Positions 29,427 to 39,530 of a stretch of 43,471 bases of DNA are shown here, piece after piece (the first letter of the stretch is position 1; each line of letters starts with the position of its first letter). The DNA comes from Synechococcus sp. (GTDB taxonomy: Bacteria; Cyanobacteriota; Cyanobacteriia; Thermostichales; PCC-7336), in NCBI GenBank assembly GCA_051439605.1, contig JBFRWN010000097.1:1-43471 (forward strand), in the 5' to 3' direction. Below the pieces are notes generated by a model that was given only the letters and a program-made list of their open reading frames with translations, was not told the origin of the DNA and ran no database searches. A program made the translations under genes and the position numbers.

Positions 29427-30221
29427 CTACTGGTTCGCCGCTGGCATTTCCCGTTCGAGATCCAGGGGTGGTCGTATCCACAGATAAATCACCAATCCGA
29501 GAAAGGGCACTAACCTCGCCACCCAGGCGATCGCCCGATTGCTCCAGTTCCGTCGGGTCATGTCATCGGCAACCAGCCACCCTTGAAATATCCAGAACGT
29601 CACTAGGTCGATAACAAACGAATAGGCCAGGCGATCGCTCCCCACAGCCATTTGAAAATCTGCCCAGCGCGTAGCAAAGTCTCCAAATTCTGGACGTCCA
29701 AACCCCGCCCATCCCAATGCCGCGATCGCGACTGCCGCCAGGCAGCCCGGTAGCCAACGACTCTCCGATACGGTCTCGATTGGCGAGAGAGGACCTGGCG
29801 GTAGAGATTGTTGCGATCGCCTTAAGGCTAGCCAGGGAAGGTAAAACACGTTGGTCAGAAAAGCGGTCCCGATTAGAAAGGGTAACAGCGGAAACCGCTG
29901 CCCCCGCCCGTCTATGGCAAATCCCCAAAACAGCAATCCCCAAGCCACCGTGAGGTTGAACAACCCCTCCAGTGCTGGACTGAGACTGGGGGCCAGATTG
30001 GGAAATACCAGCGGCATCACAAACCAAAAATTGAAGCTGAGATCGAGAGCCTCTTTTAGCGTGGCGGGTTCGGTGTGCAGCAGAGAAGGGCCTGGGGGAA
30101 AATCGCTTAGTAGGAGATAGCCCACGTACACTATCCAAGCCAGCCATAGAAATAGCTGTGAGACGGAAACCGGCTGAGAAGCCGGCCTGGAGTTAGACGC
30201 AGGCGGGTTGGGCTGATTCAT
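29427..30221 (-). CDS. Polytopic membrane protein (DUF2834-like)
   Basis: About seven hydrophobic segments; FYLPWLALR, D...F..FQ..L..DDM.RR and VPFLG...Y motifs. Confidence 0.7.
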   Translation of the reverse strand: MNQPNPPASNSRPASQPVSVSQLFLWLAWIVYVGYLLLSDFPPGPSLLHTEPATLKEALDLSFNFWFVMPLVFPNLAPSLSPALEGLFNLTVAWGLLFWGFAIDGRGQRFPLLPFLIGTAFLTNVFYLPWLALRRSQQSLPPGPLSPIETVSESRWLPGCLAAVAIAALGWAGFGRPEFGDFATRWADFQMAVGSDRLAYSFVIDLVTFWIFQGWLVADDMTRRNWSNRAIAWVARLVPFLGLVIYLWIRPPLDLEREMPAANQ

Positions 30222-30258
30222 GGATATCGGCTAGAACAGACTTCGTATTTCTTAATAT

Positions 30259-30277
30259 TTATGTTTCCAGAACATAA
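30259..30277. promoter_or_regulatory. Palindromic operator candidate (LysR T-N11-A type)
   Basis: TTATGTT-TCCAG-AACATAA perfect inverted repeat in a 76-bp divergent intergenic gap. Confidence 0.45.
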
Positions 30278-30297
30278 TAGAAAAGGACAGCTCTGTT

Positions 30298-30801
30298 ATG
30301 GCAAAAGCTTGTATGACTGCTCAAACGTCTTCATCCTCCAAGACTGACACTTCGGGAAATGCCGATGCCAATCAGTGGCAGATCGAGCTGCTATACGACA
30401 GCGACTGCCCCCTCTGCATGCGGGAGGTGAATTTCCTGCAGCGCAAAGATGCCGGACGGGGATTAGTGTCGTTTGTGGATATTGCCGATCTCAATTACGA
30501 CCCCGATCTCCATGGCGGCATAGATTATCGAACGGCGATGGGGCGCATTCACGCACTGCTGGCAGATGGCAGTGTTATTCAAGGGGTGGAAGTTTTCCGT
30601 CGAGTTTACGAAGTGCTGGGTATGGGTTGGGTCTATGCCGCCACTAAGTGGCCAGTGGTGGGACCGCTGGTGGATACACTCTACGAACTGTGGGCCGATA
30701 AACGATTAGCTATGACCGGACGACCGGACTTAGCGGAAATATTGCGCGATCGCCAACAAAAGCGAGAGGATTGCGGCGATTGCTGTCGGATGGATTTCTG
30801 A
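30298..30801 (+). CDS. DCC1-like thiol-disulfide oxidoreductase (DUF393)
   Basis: LLYDSDCPLC (DxxCxxC) and AMGRIH motifs; Cys-rich C-terminus CGDCCR. Confidence 0.9.
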   Translation: MAKACMTAQTSSSSKTDTSGNADANQWQIELLYDSDCPLCMREVNFLQRKDAGRGLVSFVDIADLNYDPDLHGGIDYRTAMGRIHALLADGSVIQGVEVFRRVYEVLGMGWVYAATKWPVVGPLVDTLYELWADKRLAMTGRPDLAEILRDRQQKREDCGDCCRMDF

Positions 30802-30852
30802 ATTGCTAACCCCATGAAGGCTAGCTGATGGGAAATGGGAAAGGGAGCGAAT

Positions 30853-31344
30853 CTATGCGACTTTGAGGCGCACTTTCTCAAACTGGTGTAGCTGAGGAGG
30901 CAGAGCGTCTACAGATGTAGCCTGCATCAATCGGGGGATTTCGGCGCTGTTGTAAACCCGGAATTCGCTTTCTACGGTGGCGGTGGCGGTGCGTACCGCT
31001 TGATTGATCACCACAGACCCTTGGGGATCGGATACCGAACGGTGGAAGGTACCGGGGGGAATGCGAAGAATATCTCCATTGGCCTCGAGCCGCACAATGT
31101 GAAAGGGCTGTTTCCACGAGAAGTTGACCAAATAGAACGTTCTTCCGCCGGAAAGGGCCAGCAAATTATCTTCTTGGCCGGGATGCAGGTAAAACTGCCA
31201 ATGACCCTCGGACGTATTGTTAGGGCTGGTCGCTGGGCCCTCGTGACAGACTAAGTCGCGGGCATTCGAGTCAGGGATAGTGATATCGAAAAACCGCACT
31301 TGTGGGGTATCGCGGAACTTTTTGTAGGAGATGAGTTCAAACAT
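30853..31344 (-). CDS. Cupin-fold protein (RmlC-like, uncharacterised)
   Basis: FYLHPGQEDNLL and LRIPPGTFHRS cupin motifs. Confidence 0.75.
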   Translation of the reverse strand: MFELISYKKFRDTPQVRFFDITIPDSNARDLVCHEGPATSPNNTSEGHWQFYLHPGQEDNLLALSGGRTFYLVNFSWKQPFHIVRLEANGDILRIPPGTFHRSVSDPQGSVVINQAVRTATATVESEFRVYNSAEIPRLMQATSVDALPPQLHQFEKVRLKVA

Positions 31345-31461
31345 GGCGTATACCTGCAGAAAGTGGCCTTACAAGCAGTGAATAATTATTAAGATGACCA
31401 AACTTTCCAGTAATTTATCGCTGCTAACCGTGATCTACAACACGATTTGCGATTGCCATCT

Positions 31462-31476
31462 ATGCGAAAAACGAAT
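31462..31476. promoter_or_regulatory. LysR-type T-N11-A box
   Basis: ATGC-GAAAAAC-GAAT between the divergent cupin and lysR genes. Confidence 0.45.
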
Positions 31477-31539
31477 CAATACAAAACAAACTGATGTCAG
31501 GTGGTGCTCGCCACCCCCTCTGTTGTGTGGATTATTTAT

Positions 31540-32418
31540 ATGAATGTGGAGCAGCTACGAATCTTTCAAGAGGTCGCGGACTCGCAGAATTTTTCGGTAA
31601 CCGCTATGAAGCTAGGAATTTCCCAGTCGGCGGTCAGTCGAGCGATCGCCTCCTTGGAAGAAGAGCTCGGGGTTGTGTTGCTGTCTCGCGGTAGATTTGG
31701 GGCGCGCCTGACAGAAATTGGCGAGCAAATGCTGGATCATGCTCGGCAGATTTTGCACACGCGCGCACAGATGGAGCGTGATGCCAATTTGGTGCGCGGT
31801 CTGGATGGTGGAAGTGTCAGAATTGCTTCGTTTCGCAGTGCAGCCACCCATCTGGTCCCCCCGGCTATCTCCCAACTGACCAAGAAATTTCCCAATATTG
31901 AAGTGACGCTGACTGAAAGTGCGCCACAGGAGGTGGAGCAGGCGTTGCGGCAGGGAGTTGCGGATGTGGCTTTAATGCCGCTGCCTCGTTCGGCTGAATT
32001 TGAAACTTGGGAGATTGCTCGGGATGAGTTTATGGTGTTGCTCCCCGAAGCGGAAGTCACACACGAGGGGCGTCTGACTTGGGAAGAGCTGTCGAAGTAC
32101 TCGTTCATTTTGTATAACTACGCCGACTACACTGCCATGTTGCGAAAGCACTGGGCTAAGGCAGGACAACCTTTTGAAGTCGCTTACGAAATTAGAGAAG
32201 ACTCTACTATTTTGAGCATGGTGGCCCAAGGGTTAGGGGCAGCAATCTTGCCTGAGCTAGCGACAATACCGATGCCAGATGGAGTAAGGGCTTTTGGCTT
32301 GCCAGTACCCTTAGAACGATCGATTGGTGTGGCTGTGGTGGCGAATGCCGATCGCCCTCCAGCGGTGTATCAGTTTATTGACGTACTGCGCAAGACGGGG
32401 GTGTTTGCTGGAGCATAA
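31540..32418 (+). CDS. LysR family transcriptional regulator
   Basis: MNVEQLRIF..NFS..A..LGISQSAVSRAIASLEEELGV HTH; LTEIG and MVAQGLG motifs. Confidence 0.96.
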   Translation: MNVEQLRIFQEVADSQNFSVTAMKLGISQSAVSRAIASLEEELGVVLLSRGRFGARLTEIGEQMLDHARQILHTRAQMERDANLVRGLDGGSVRIASFRSAATHLVPPAISQLTKKFPNIEVTLTESAPQEVEQALRQGVADVALMPLPRSAEFETWEIARDEFMVLLPEAEVTHEGRLTWEELSKYSFILYNYADYTAMLRKHWAKAGQPFEVAYEIREDSTILSMVAQGLGAAILPELATIPMPDGVRAFGLPVPLERSIGVAVVANADRPPAVYQFIDVLRKTGVFAGA

Positions 32419-32443
32419 CTGAGATGGCAACCAATATCTTTGG

Positions 32444-32513
32444 TATGGCACTCATCAGGTCAGTTAGGACTTTTCAGCTACCCAGTACCCTGACTAGGCA
32501 TGGCTTTGCTGGG
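32444..32513. repeat. Degenerate copy of the 27-nt-arm inverted-repeat element
   Basis: Left arm TATGGCACTCATCAGGTCAGTTAGGAC matches 16729-16755 at 19 of 27 positions, including TCAGTTAGGAC. Confidence 0.45.
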
Positions 32514-32533
32514 TTTAACTGAAATGACGACAG

Positions 32534-32962
32534 CTATACAAACTCAAGAAAATTAATTTCATAAATCAAGTCTCTTCCCGCCAATACGTGGTTGGCATCA
32601 AGGGTGACTTTCGACTTGTTGATTGCCACAACTGTGAGAGTCAACGGTTCTCCGTTGGGGGTTGTGCGTTCTAATTTCTGTCCAACTTCAACCGGGGTAT
32701 TGGGAAAAACAGAGTGTCGATTGACTGTCAGAACCTTCTCAGAATGATGTGGACCGTAAGCTAAGTTGTACGGAATGCATTCGACCTTATGTTCTCCTGG
32801 GGTCATACCAACCAATGCTTGGTCGAGTCCGGGAACAACCTCGCCTGCACCGATACAGACTTTCGCAGGATCGCTATCTAACGTAGAGTCAAAAACTGTG
32901 CCATCTTTTAATTTGCCTGTGAGATGAATGAGCACAGTATCGCCAACTTTAGCTTTCACCAT
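32534..32962 (-). CDS. FKBP-type peptidyl-prolyl isomerase (SlyD/SlpA-like, no His tail)
   Basis: GKLKDGTVFDST, PGLDQAL.GM, AYG and LDANHVLAG motifs. Confidence 0.9.
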   Translation of the reverse strand: MVKAKVGDTVLIHLTGKLKDGTVFDSTLDSDPAKVCIGAGEVVPGLDQALVGMTPGEHKVECIPYNLAYGPHHSEKVLTVNRHSVFPNTPVEVGQKLERTTPNGEPLTLTVVAINKSKVTLDANHVLAGRDLIYEINFLEFV

Positions 32963-33145
32963 AATCTCTATTAATCTCTCAAGAATTCATCTGACAACTC
33001 AGTCGAGCGAACGTTGAAGCCATTTCAAATGGGTACAATGAGAACTGGGTGTAGCAAGGGTTTCAAATGGTGCAAAGTTATGAGTTGCTTGACAGTTGCG
33101 ATATCCATGCAACTTACAGGGATGTGACAGCACGGGTTGAAAAGA

Positions 33146-33334
33146 CTAGCTTCGTCCTGAACCTCTTCTTTTCCTTTTGTTCGATTTTGATTTTCGAAGA
33201 CGCTTCTGGGCTGGGGTTTCGAAATATCGGGTTCTTCTGATATCAGAAAATATTCCTGCTTTTGAAACTGCTCGCTTAAAGCGACGTAAAGCAGATTCCA
33301 ACGCTTCGTTTTCACCAACAAATATCTGAGCCAC
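33146..33334 (-). CDS. rpsU: 30S ribosomal protein S21
   Basis: [25 protein letters not shown]...FETP..KR; GTG start behind AAAGGA. Confidence 0.93.
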   Translation of the reverse strand: MAQIFVGENEALESALRRFKRAVSKAGIFSDIRRTRYFETPAQKRLRKSKSNKRKRRGSGRS

Positions 33335-33481
33335 TCGCGATCCTTTCTGGGTCTGTTTTTGCTGTCTTGGAACAATCAATTGCCAATATTAAGGCAATTC
33401 CAAATGTCGCCTGCCTTAACAGGAGCGATTTCGAGCGAAGACTCAAACAAAATCGCTTCCTGCTGTCGTGAACCCAGAGGA

Positions 33482-33754
33482 TTACCAGCGATCTCTTTGC
33501 GGTCTCCTTTCTGTGCGAGGCTTTGCTTTATTAACTTTTAGGCTGCGTCCCATCCATTCTGCTTCGTCTAAAGCCTCTATTGCTGCAGTTTCCTCCGCAT
33601 CAGAGTCCATCTCGACAAAACCAAAGCCGCGCTTGCGTCCTGTGTCGCGATCGGTGGGCAACTGAACTTTCTTGACTGAACCGTACTCAGAGAAAACGCT
33701 TCTAATATCGTCTTCAGTTGCATCGTAGGACAAATTCCCTACATAGATTGACAT
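33482..33754 (-). CDS. rbp: RRM RNA-binding protein (Rbp)
   Basis: RNP2 IYVGNL, RNP1 RGFGFVEM and LKVNKAKP motifs. Confidence 0.96.
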   Translation of the reverse strand: MSIYVGNLSYDATEDDIRSVFSEYGSVKKVQLPTDRDTGRKRGFGFVEMDSDAEETAAIEALDEAEWMGRSLKVNKAKPRTERRPQRDRW

Positions 33755-33760
33755 AGCTGA

Positions 33761-33804
33761 CCTCTCGAATCAGATAGTTACGTATGAGAAATTGGATTCG
33801 GAGA
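33761..33804 (-). promoter_or_regulatory. rbp 5' UTR hairpin pairing TCTCCGAA with the RBS region
   Basis: Minus strand TCTCCGAATC...GATTCGAGAGG directly before the start codon. Confidence 0.6.
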
Positions 33805-34468
33805 TCGGAGCAGTAACTAATACTCAACTTGAGTGTTGCATCATACTAGCTAAAAAACCATTCGCCTATAACCACGCTCGTTGCCTATCATAACGTTTAT
33901 TTTGCCAGCCGTAGAAATTTTCCTAGATATGGGCAATGCTTTTTACTATTTATTTATGCCGAATGTGCCCGATATATGATACTTTCATCTAAAATTTGCG
34001 AAAGGGAGCTTTATTTTTCTTCTGCGCGTTAAGAACGCTTGCGATGAATTGACGAACTGTCGGCAAGTGTTATGAAGGTGCCACACTACAAGTTTTATTC
34101 GTTGGGGTCCGTTCAGCCAAGTGACAAACTTGCCACATACTCTTCCCGAGTTTCCTTGTTGCGATTGTCAAAAATACTATCCCTATTCTCACGCATACTG
34201 TCCGATGAATTCATTATCCTACATCAGTCTGTTTCTTTTTATTTTCTTTGCTGGTTAGCCTGTGCGATCGGGGTCAACTTCAGAATTACGGTAGGAATTT
34301 AGTTCACTGATCAATCGGTTGATGAATCTAGCCGCTAACCTTTTCATGTGTAATTGCGCTTTGTCAAATAGTGTTATCTTTGGTTGCTCATCATTGATAC
34401 CACTGAATCTAATCCATTTGGAACTAAGCAATCTCGTCACCATCTAGTGTATCTAAATGTCAGATGGA

Positions 34469-34571
34469 TATAGCGGTTCCCATTTGTATGAGGTATGGAA
34501 TTATTATCTCAAACACATGGGGCCGTAACCGGAATAGAATGATGTACCTCACGCGAGTAAGAACCGCTATA
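34469..34571. repeat. 103-bp MITE-like inverted-repeat element
   Basis: TATAGCGGTTC...GAACCGCTATA ends; 27-nt arms match at 21 of 27 positions. Confidence 0.7.
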
Positions 34572-34660
34572 TTTCTACGTTAGTCCTTGCCATATATGTG
34601 ACAGTGTTGACGCGCTAGATTAGTATGCTTTTCGGAACCTAATTCAGAAATACATTTGAC

Positions 34661-36100
34661 ATGGCTGTATCCTCCTCTTCAACAGCGCAAGATAAAAGGA
34701 TTCTTTTTTGCGGTTGTCTGGTGGGGGTTGCCAGCCTAATCTTCTTTGCATGTAGCAGCTTGAGGTTTGCGCTGTTCAGAGCCGGCCTAGACTTGGGCCT
34801 ATTCGACCAAATCCTGTACTTAGCCAGTCGCGGTCTGCCCACTGCCTCCAGCATCTCGATCGACAGGGTCACCTTAATGGGAGATCACGCAGCCTTCATG
34901 CTGTATCCCATTTCTTGGCTGTACCGCATCTATCCCGATCCCCACTGGATGCTGGCATTGCAAGCGCTGGCTCTAACTGCCGGAGCTATTCCCGTTTACG
35001 GCATTTGCCTGCAAAACAAGCTGCCGCACGCTTATGCCAGAGCTTTGTCGCTGTGCTACGTCCTCTATCCCGCTCTATTTACCATTAACTTTTATACGGA
35101 ATTTAGAGTTGAAACCCTTGCAGTACCTGCTTTCCTGTGGGCGATTTGGGCTACCCGGGCTGGCAAACTGGGGCAAGTAGCCTTTGCTCTTTTCATTGCG
35201 TTAGGGACTAAAGAGACGGTCAGTTTTACGATCGCCGCGTTTGGACTATGGATGGGGGTGTTTGCCAAACGGCGATATTTTGGACTGTGTACCGTGGTGA
35301 TTGCTGCGGTTTGGTTTGCGGTCGCCTCTCAAATCATTATTCCTGCCTCCCGACCAGAAGGGGTGCTGGCGGGAGTCTGGAACTACGGTTCAATTGGAGG
35401 TTCTTGGTCTGAAATCTTGGGGCGATTAATTACGAACCCCACCATCGGTCTGAGTCGACTGTTTCAACCCGATCGCCTCTTCTATTACCTGCTCCTACTG
35501 TTGCCGGTAGCCCTGGGTTTGCATTGGAGAACTACGGCAATTTTGTTGCCTGCTGCACCAATGTTGTTACTCAATGTCCTGTCGGATTACGAAGGGCAAA
35601 GGGATTTAATTCACCATTATTCATTGCTGGTTATTCCGTTTCTAATGACTTGGGCGATCGATTCGATCGCGCGCTATTTGAACAATCGGCAACGAATGTG
35701 GCTGTTACCTCGCTGGTTGGTCGTCTGGTCTGCAATATCCTTTTTGGCCTTGGCAAAATATTCTTACTTTTTCACCCGGTACTTGCCGCTCTTGCCCGAG
35801 ATTGGTTCCATTCGAACTGCGGTCAATCTGGTTTCTCCCGAGAGCAAAATCTTGGCATCGTCATTTATTGTGCCCCACCTGAGCCAGCGACCGGAAATTT
35901 ATTTTGCAAGTAATAGCTGGACTCTCGACCGTCTGCGTTCCGAGTCGATTGAAGAAGTACTGATCGGGTATCGGTACTTGGAACGGAATCTATCGCCCGA
36001 GCGAGCTGTTCAACTGGTGGCAGAACTGAAGCAGGCGAAAGACTTCGAATTGGTATACGAGCGTGACGAAGTTTTTCTCTTTCGGGATCGGTCAGAATAA
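34661..36100 (+). CDS. DUF2079 domain membrane protein (GT-C-like)
   Basis: DLGLFDQ, MGDHAA, LQALAL, TKE, HYS and PHLSQR motifs; many TM segments. Confidence 0.85.
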   Translation: MAVSSSSTAQDKRILFCGCLVGVASLIFFACSSLRFALFRAGLDLGLFDQILYLASRGLPTASSISIDRVTLMGDHAAFMLYPISWLYRIYPDPHWMLALQALALTAGAIPVYGICLQNKLPHAYARALSLCYVLYPALFTINFYTEFRVETLAVPAFLWAIWATRAGKLGQVAFALFIALGTKETVSFTIAAFGLWMGVFAKRRYFGLCTVVIAAVWFAVASQIIIPASRPEGVLAGVWNYGSIGGSWSEILGRLITNPTIGLSRLFQPDRLFYYLLLLLPVALGLHWRTTAILLPAAPMLLLNVLSDYEGQRDLIHHYSLLVIPFLMTWAIDSIARYLNNRQRMWLLPRWLVVWSAISFLALAKYSYFFTRYLPLLPEIGSIRTAVNLVSPESKILASSFIVPHLSQRPEIYFASNSWTLDRLRSESIEEVLIGYRYLERNLSPERAVQLVAELKQAKDFELVYERDEVFLFRDRSE

Positions 36101-36408
36101 GCAATTTTCTTTGACTTTGAGACCGGGTTCGAAGCCAGGTTCGTAACAATCGCCAACAGCGCCTCTTGGGTTGCCCGCCCGAGACCGAATCGGGTCTGAT
36201 TCATTGTCGACCGGTACTGGACAACGTCTCGAAGTAGCGCTGACAAGACTCGGAAAAACCACAGGTTTCCTTTACTGGGGATCGAGCAATCTGCTGCAAA
36301 GCTGAAAGTAATCCGTAGTTGGCGCGGGATTTCTGTATCGCGTGCCAAACGGCTCACCTCCATTTCTCCAGAGAAAGAAGCGAGGCAAACGCAGCCCGGG
36401 ATTGCGCG

Positions 36409-39126
36409 ATGAATCCAGAAATCCAACGTATCGAGGCATCCAGTCAAGAGGGTACCCCTTGGAAGCGCTGGGGTCCTTACCTGAGCGAACGTCAGTGGGG
36501 GACAGTGCGCGAAGACTATAGCGAAGGGGGCAATGCTTGGGAAGCGTTTAGTCATGACCAGTCGCGATCGCGGGCCTACCGGTGGGGGGAAGATGGCATT
36601 TTAGGCATCTGCGACGATCGCCAATTGCTCTGTTTTGCCCTAGCCCTGTGGAACGGCAACGACGACATCCTCAAAGAGCGCATGTTTGGCCTGACGGGCA
36701 ATCAAGGAAACCATGGGGAAGATGTTAAAGAATACTACTTTTATCTCGACAGCACCCCCACCCATTCCTACATGAAGGGACTGTACAAATACCCCCAGGC
36801 ACAATTCCCCTACAACCTACTAGTGGAAGAAAACGCCCGTCGCCTATCTCAGCCCAAGCGGGGAGGGCTGGAATACGAGCTGCTGGATACAGGGGTGTTT
36901 GACGGCGATCGCTATTTCGATGTGGTAGTGGAATATGCCAAGGCGGATGCCGATGACCTGTTCATTCGCATTTCTGCTACTAATCGGGGTCCGGAACCGC
37001 ATGCTCTTAATCTGTTGCCCACCCTGTGGTTTCGCAATACCTGGTCGTGGGACAGTCGCCAACCGAAGCCCTTGCTGCGGCTGGAGCGATCGCAGGATGA
37101 CTTTAGTGTCGTTATGGCAGAGCATGCAGACATAGGTCGGCGCTGGCTGTACTGCAAAGGCACTGCCGAAGCCCTATTCACCGAAAACGAAACCAACCAT
37201 CAGCATCTATTTTGCGTCCCCAATGCTTCCCCTTACGTTAAGGATGCTTTCCACCGCTACATCATTCATGGGGAAAAATCTGCCGTTAATCCCCACTTAC
37301 AGGGGACAAAATTTGCCGCCAACTATAGCCTTGCTATTCCCTCAGGAGCCACAGTCGTGATGGAGCTGCGCCTGTGCGATCGCCCCGACCTGAGCGATCC
37401 CTTTGGTCCTGAGTTCGATCGCATTTGGCAGACTCGAATGCTGGAAGCAGACGAGTTTTACCGGGAGATTGCTCCAGCTTCGATGGAGGAGGACGCCCGC
37501 AACGTCCAGCGGCAGGCCTTCGCTGGCATGATGTGGACGAAACAGTATTACCTCTATTCGGTGCAGGACTGGCTCAACGGAGATCCCAATTCCCCTCCCC
37601 CCCCAGAGGGCCGCAAGCAGGGGCGTAATCGCCATTGGATTCATTTCGAATCCCAAGACATTTTGTCCATGCCCGACAAGTGGGAATACCCCTGGTTTGC
37701 CGCTTGGGATTTGGCTTTTCACACCCTGCCCATTGCCCTGATTGATGCGGAATTTGCCAAGAATCAGTTGGATTTGATGACGCGGGAATGGTACATGCAC
37801 CCCAACGGCCAACTGCCTGCCTACGAATGGGCGTTTGGGGATGTGAATCCGCCGGTACATGCCTGGGCCACGATGCGGGTCTATCAAATCGAGCGGAAGA
37901 TGCGCCAGCGGATCGACCCGGAGTTCAAGGGCGATCGCATGTTTCTCGAACGTGTGTTTCAAAAGTTGCTGCTGAACTTCACCTGGTGGGTGAATCGCAA
38001 GGATGTGGAGGGCAATAACGTGTTTGAAGGGGGGTTTTTGGGGTTAGACAACATCGGCGTGTTCGATCGCAGCTCGGAGCTACCCACCGGAGGTCACATC
38101 GAGCAGGCGGATGGCACCAGTTGGATGGGAATGTATTGCCTCAATATGCTGTCCATTTCCTTAGAGCTGGCCAAGGAAAATCCAGTGTACGAGGATATGG
38201 CCACTAAGTTCTTCGAGCACTTTGTCTATATTGCCGACGCCATGAATCACTTGGGGGGCAGCGATTCCAGCAGTCGCAAGAACAAAGCCTTATGGGACCC
38301 GGAGGACCAGTTTTACTATGATGTCCTGAATATGCCGAATGGAGAGCGGATTAAGTTAAAGGTGCGATCGATGGTGGGGCTTACCCCCCTGTTTGCCATC
38401 ATCACCCTCGATCCTGACCTGCTGGAGCGGGTGCCGGGATTCACGGAGCGGTTGAACTGGTTTGAAGATCACCGCCCGGAACTGCGCCGTAATATCGTAT
38501 GCACGCTAGAGGGCTCTTGTCGTGGGGCCACGCGATTGTTGGCGATGGTGTGGCAGGAGCGTCTGCGTCACATCCTCGAAAAACTGTTGGATGAAGGGGA
38601 ATTCTTCGGCCCTTACGGCATTCGCGCCCTCTCCCGCCATCATCTGGAGCATCCCTACACCTTCCATGCCAACGGCTCTGTATACGGTGTCGATTACGAA
38701 CCGGCGGAATCCAGTAGCGGCTTGTTTGGGGGCAATTCCAACTGGCGCGGCCCGGTATGGATGCCGGTGAATTACCTGCTGATCGAGTCTTTGCAAAGGT
38801 TCCATTACTACTTTGGGGATGAGTTCACGGTGGAATGCCCCACCGGTTCGGGCAAGTATGCCAATCTGTGGGAGGTGGCAACCGAGATTTCGAATCGCCT
38901 CAACCGGATTTTTCTCAAAGACGACAGCGGCAAGCGACCCCTCTACGGCGGTCAGGAGAAATTTCAAACCGACCCGCAGTGGCGGGACTGCATTCTGTTC
39001 CACGAATATTTCCACGGGGATAACGGTGCTGGGATAGGGGCCAGCCACCAGACCGGATGGACGGGGCTGGTGGCGAAGCTGCTTCAGCAGGTGAGTGAAT
39101 ATGGTGGGGAAAGAGATTTAGACTGA
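36409..39126 (+). CDS. GH63 / MGH1-like glycoside hydrolase
   Basis: [46 protein letters not shown] and GASHQTGWT motifs. Confidence 0.92.
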   Translation: MNPEIQRIEASSQEGTPWKRWGPYLSERQWGTVREDYSEGGNAWEAFSHDQSRSRAYRWGEDGILGICDDRQLLCFALALWNGNDDILKERMFGLTGNQGNHGEDVKEYYFYLDSTPTHSYMKGLYKYPQAQFPYNLLVEENARRLSQPKRGGLEYELLDTGVFDGDRYFDVVVEYAKADADDLFIRISATNRGPEPHALNLLPTLWFRNTWSWDSRQPKPLLRLERSQDDFSVVMAEHADIGRRWLYCKGTAEALFTENETNHQHLFCVPNASPYVKDAFHRYIIHGEKSAVNPHLQGTKFAANYSLAIPSGATVVMELRLCDRPDLSDPFGPEFDRIWQTRMLEADEFYREIAPASMEEDARNVQRQAFAGMMWTKQYYLYSVQDWLNGDPNSPPPPEGRKQGRNRHWIHFESQDILSMPDKWEYPWFAAWDLAFHTLPIALIDAEFAKNQLDLMTREWYMHPNGQLPAYEWAFGDVNPPVHAWATMRVYQIERKMRQRIDPEFKGDRMFLERVFQKLLLNFTWWVNRKDVEGNNVFEGGFLGLDNIGVFDRSSELPTGGHIEQADGTSWMGMYCLNMLSISLELAKENPVYEDMATKFFEHFVYIADAMNHLGGSDSSSRKNKALWDPEDQFYYDVLNMPNGERIKLKVRSMVGLTPLFAIITLDPDLLERVPGFTERLNWFEDHRPELRRNIVCTLEGSCRGATRLLAMVWQERLRHILEKLLDEGEFFGPYGIRALSRHHLEHPYTFHANGSVYGVDYEPAESSSGLFGGNSNWRGPVWMPVNYLLIESLQRFHYYFGDEFTVECPTGSGKYANLWEVATEISNRLNRIFLKDDSGKRPLYGGQEKFQTDPQWRDCILFHEYFHGDNGAGIGASHQTGWTGLVAKLLQQVSEYGGERDLD

Positions 39127-39223
39127 CGAGCTCTGTTTTGGTTAAAGGGCCAAGAGCGGAATTGGATGTCAATCTTCTGGGATGTCAGTCCTTTTGCTTG
39201 CAGGGGCTTGCACTGAGGCAGTG

Positions 39224-39253
39224 CCCCCTAAATCCCCCACCAGCGGGGGACTT
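39224..39253. repeat. Cyanobacterial short palindromic dispersed repeat
   Basis: CCCCCTAAATCCCCC-ACCAGC-GGGGGACTT, preceded by a GCACTG-AGG-CAGTGC hairpin. Confidence 0.55.
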
Positions 39254-39530
39254 GTTGAAGGCTTCTGCAGTGTAGGGATAGGGCTACATTAGCCGGTAAC
39301 CAGTAAGGGCAATTAAGTTAGCTTTTCAAGATAATGAGGGAAGATTTGAAGTATTGGGTTCAGGAGTTTTTAGACCGGGTTCCCCCTGCAATTTGCAGTC
39401 TAGTCCGAGAACTCTTGCCATCTTCTCCCCCAATATTTGTTGAGGCCACCGATATCTACCTGGATGGTTGGCGACTGGAGAGATACATTAGAACCTGGTG
39501 ACGACTGCCGTTGGAGAAAGGGAAAGACCC

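Noticed and set aside
29563..30147. 194-aa same-strand overlapping ORF
   Set aside because: It is an alternative frame inside the membrane-protein gene with Arg/Ser/Gly-rich composition typical of shadow ORFs
33830..34460. Short ORFs in the AT-rich gap between rbp and DUF2079
   Set aside because: No recognisable motifs or convincing RBS, so a gene cannot be supported
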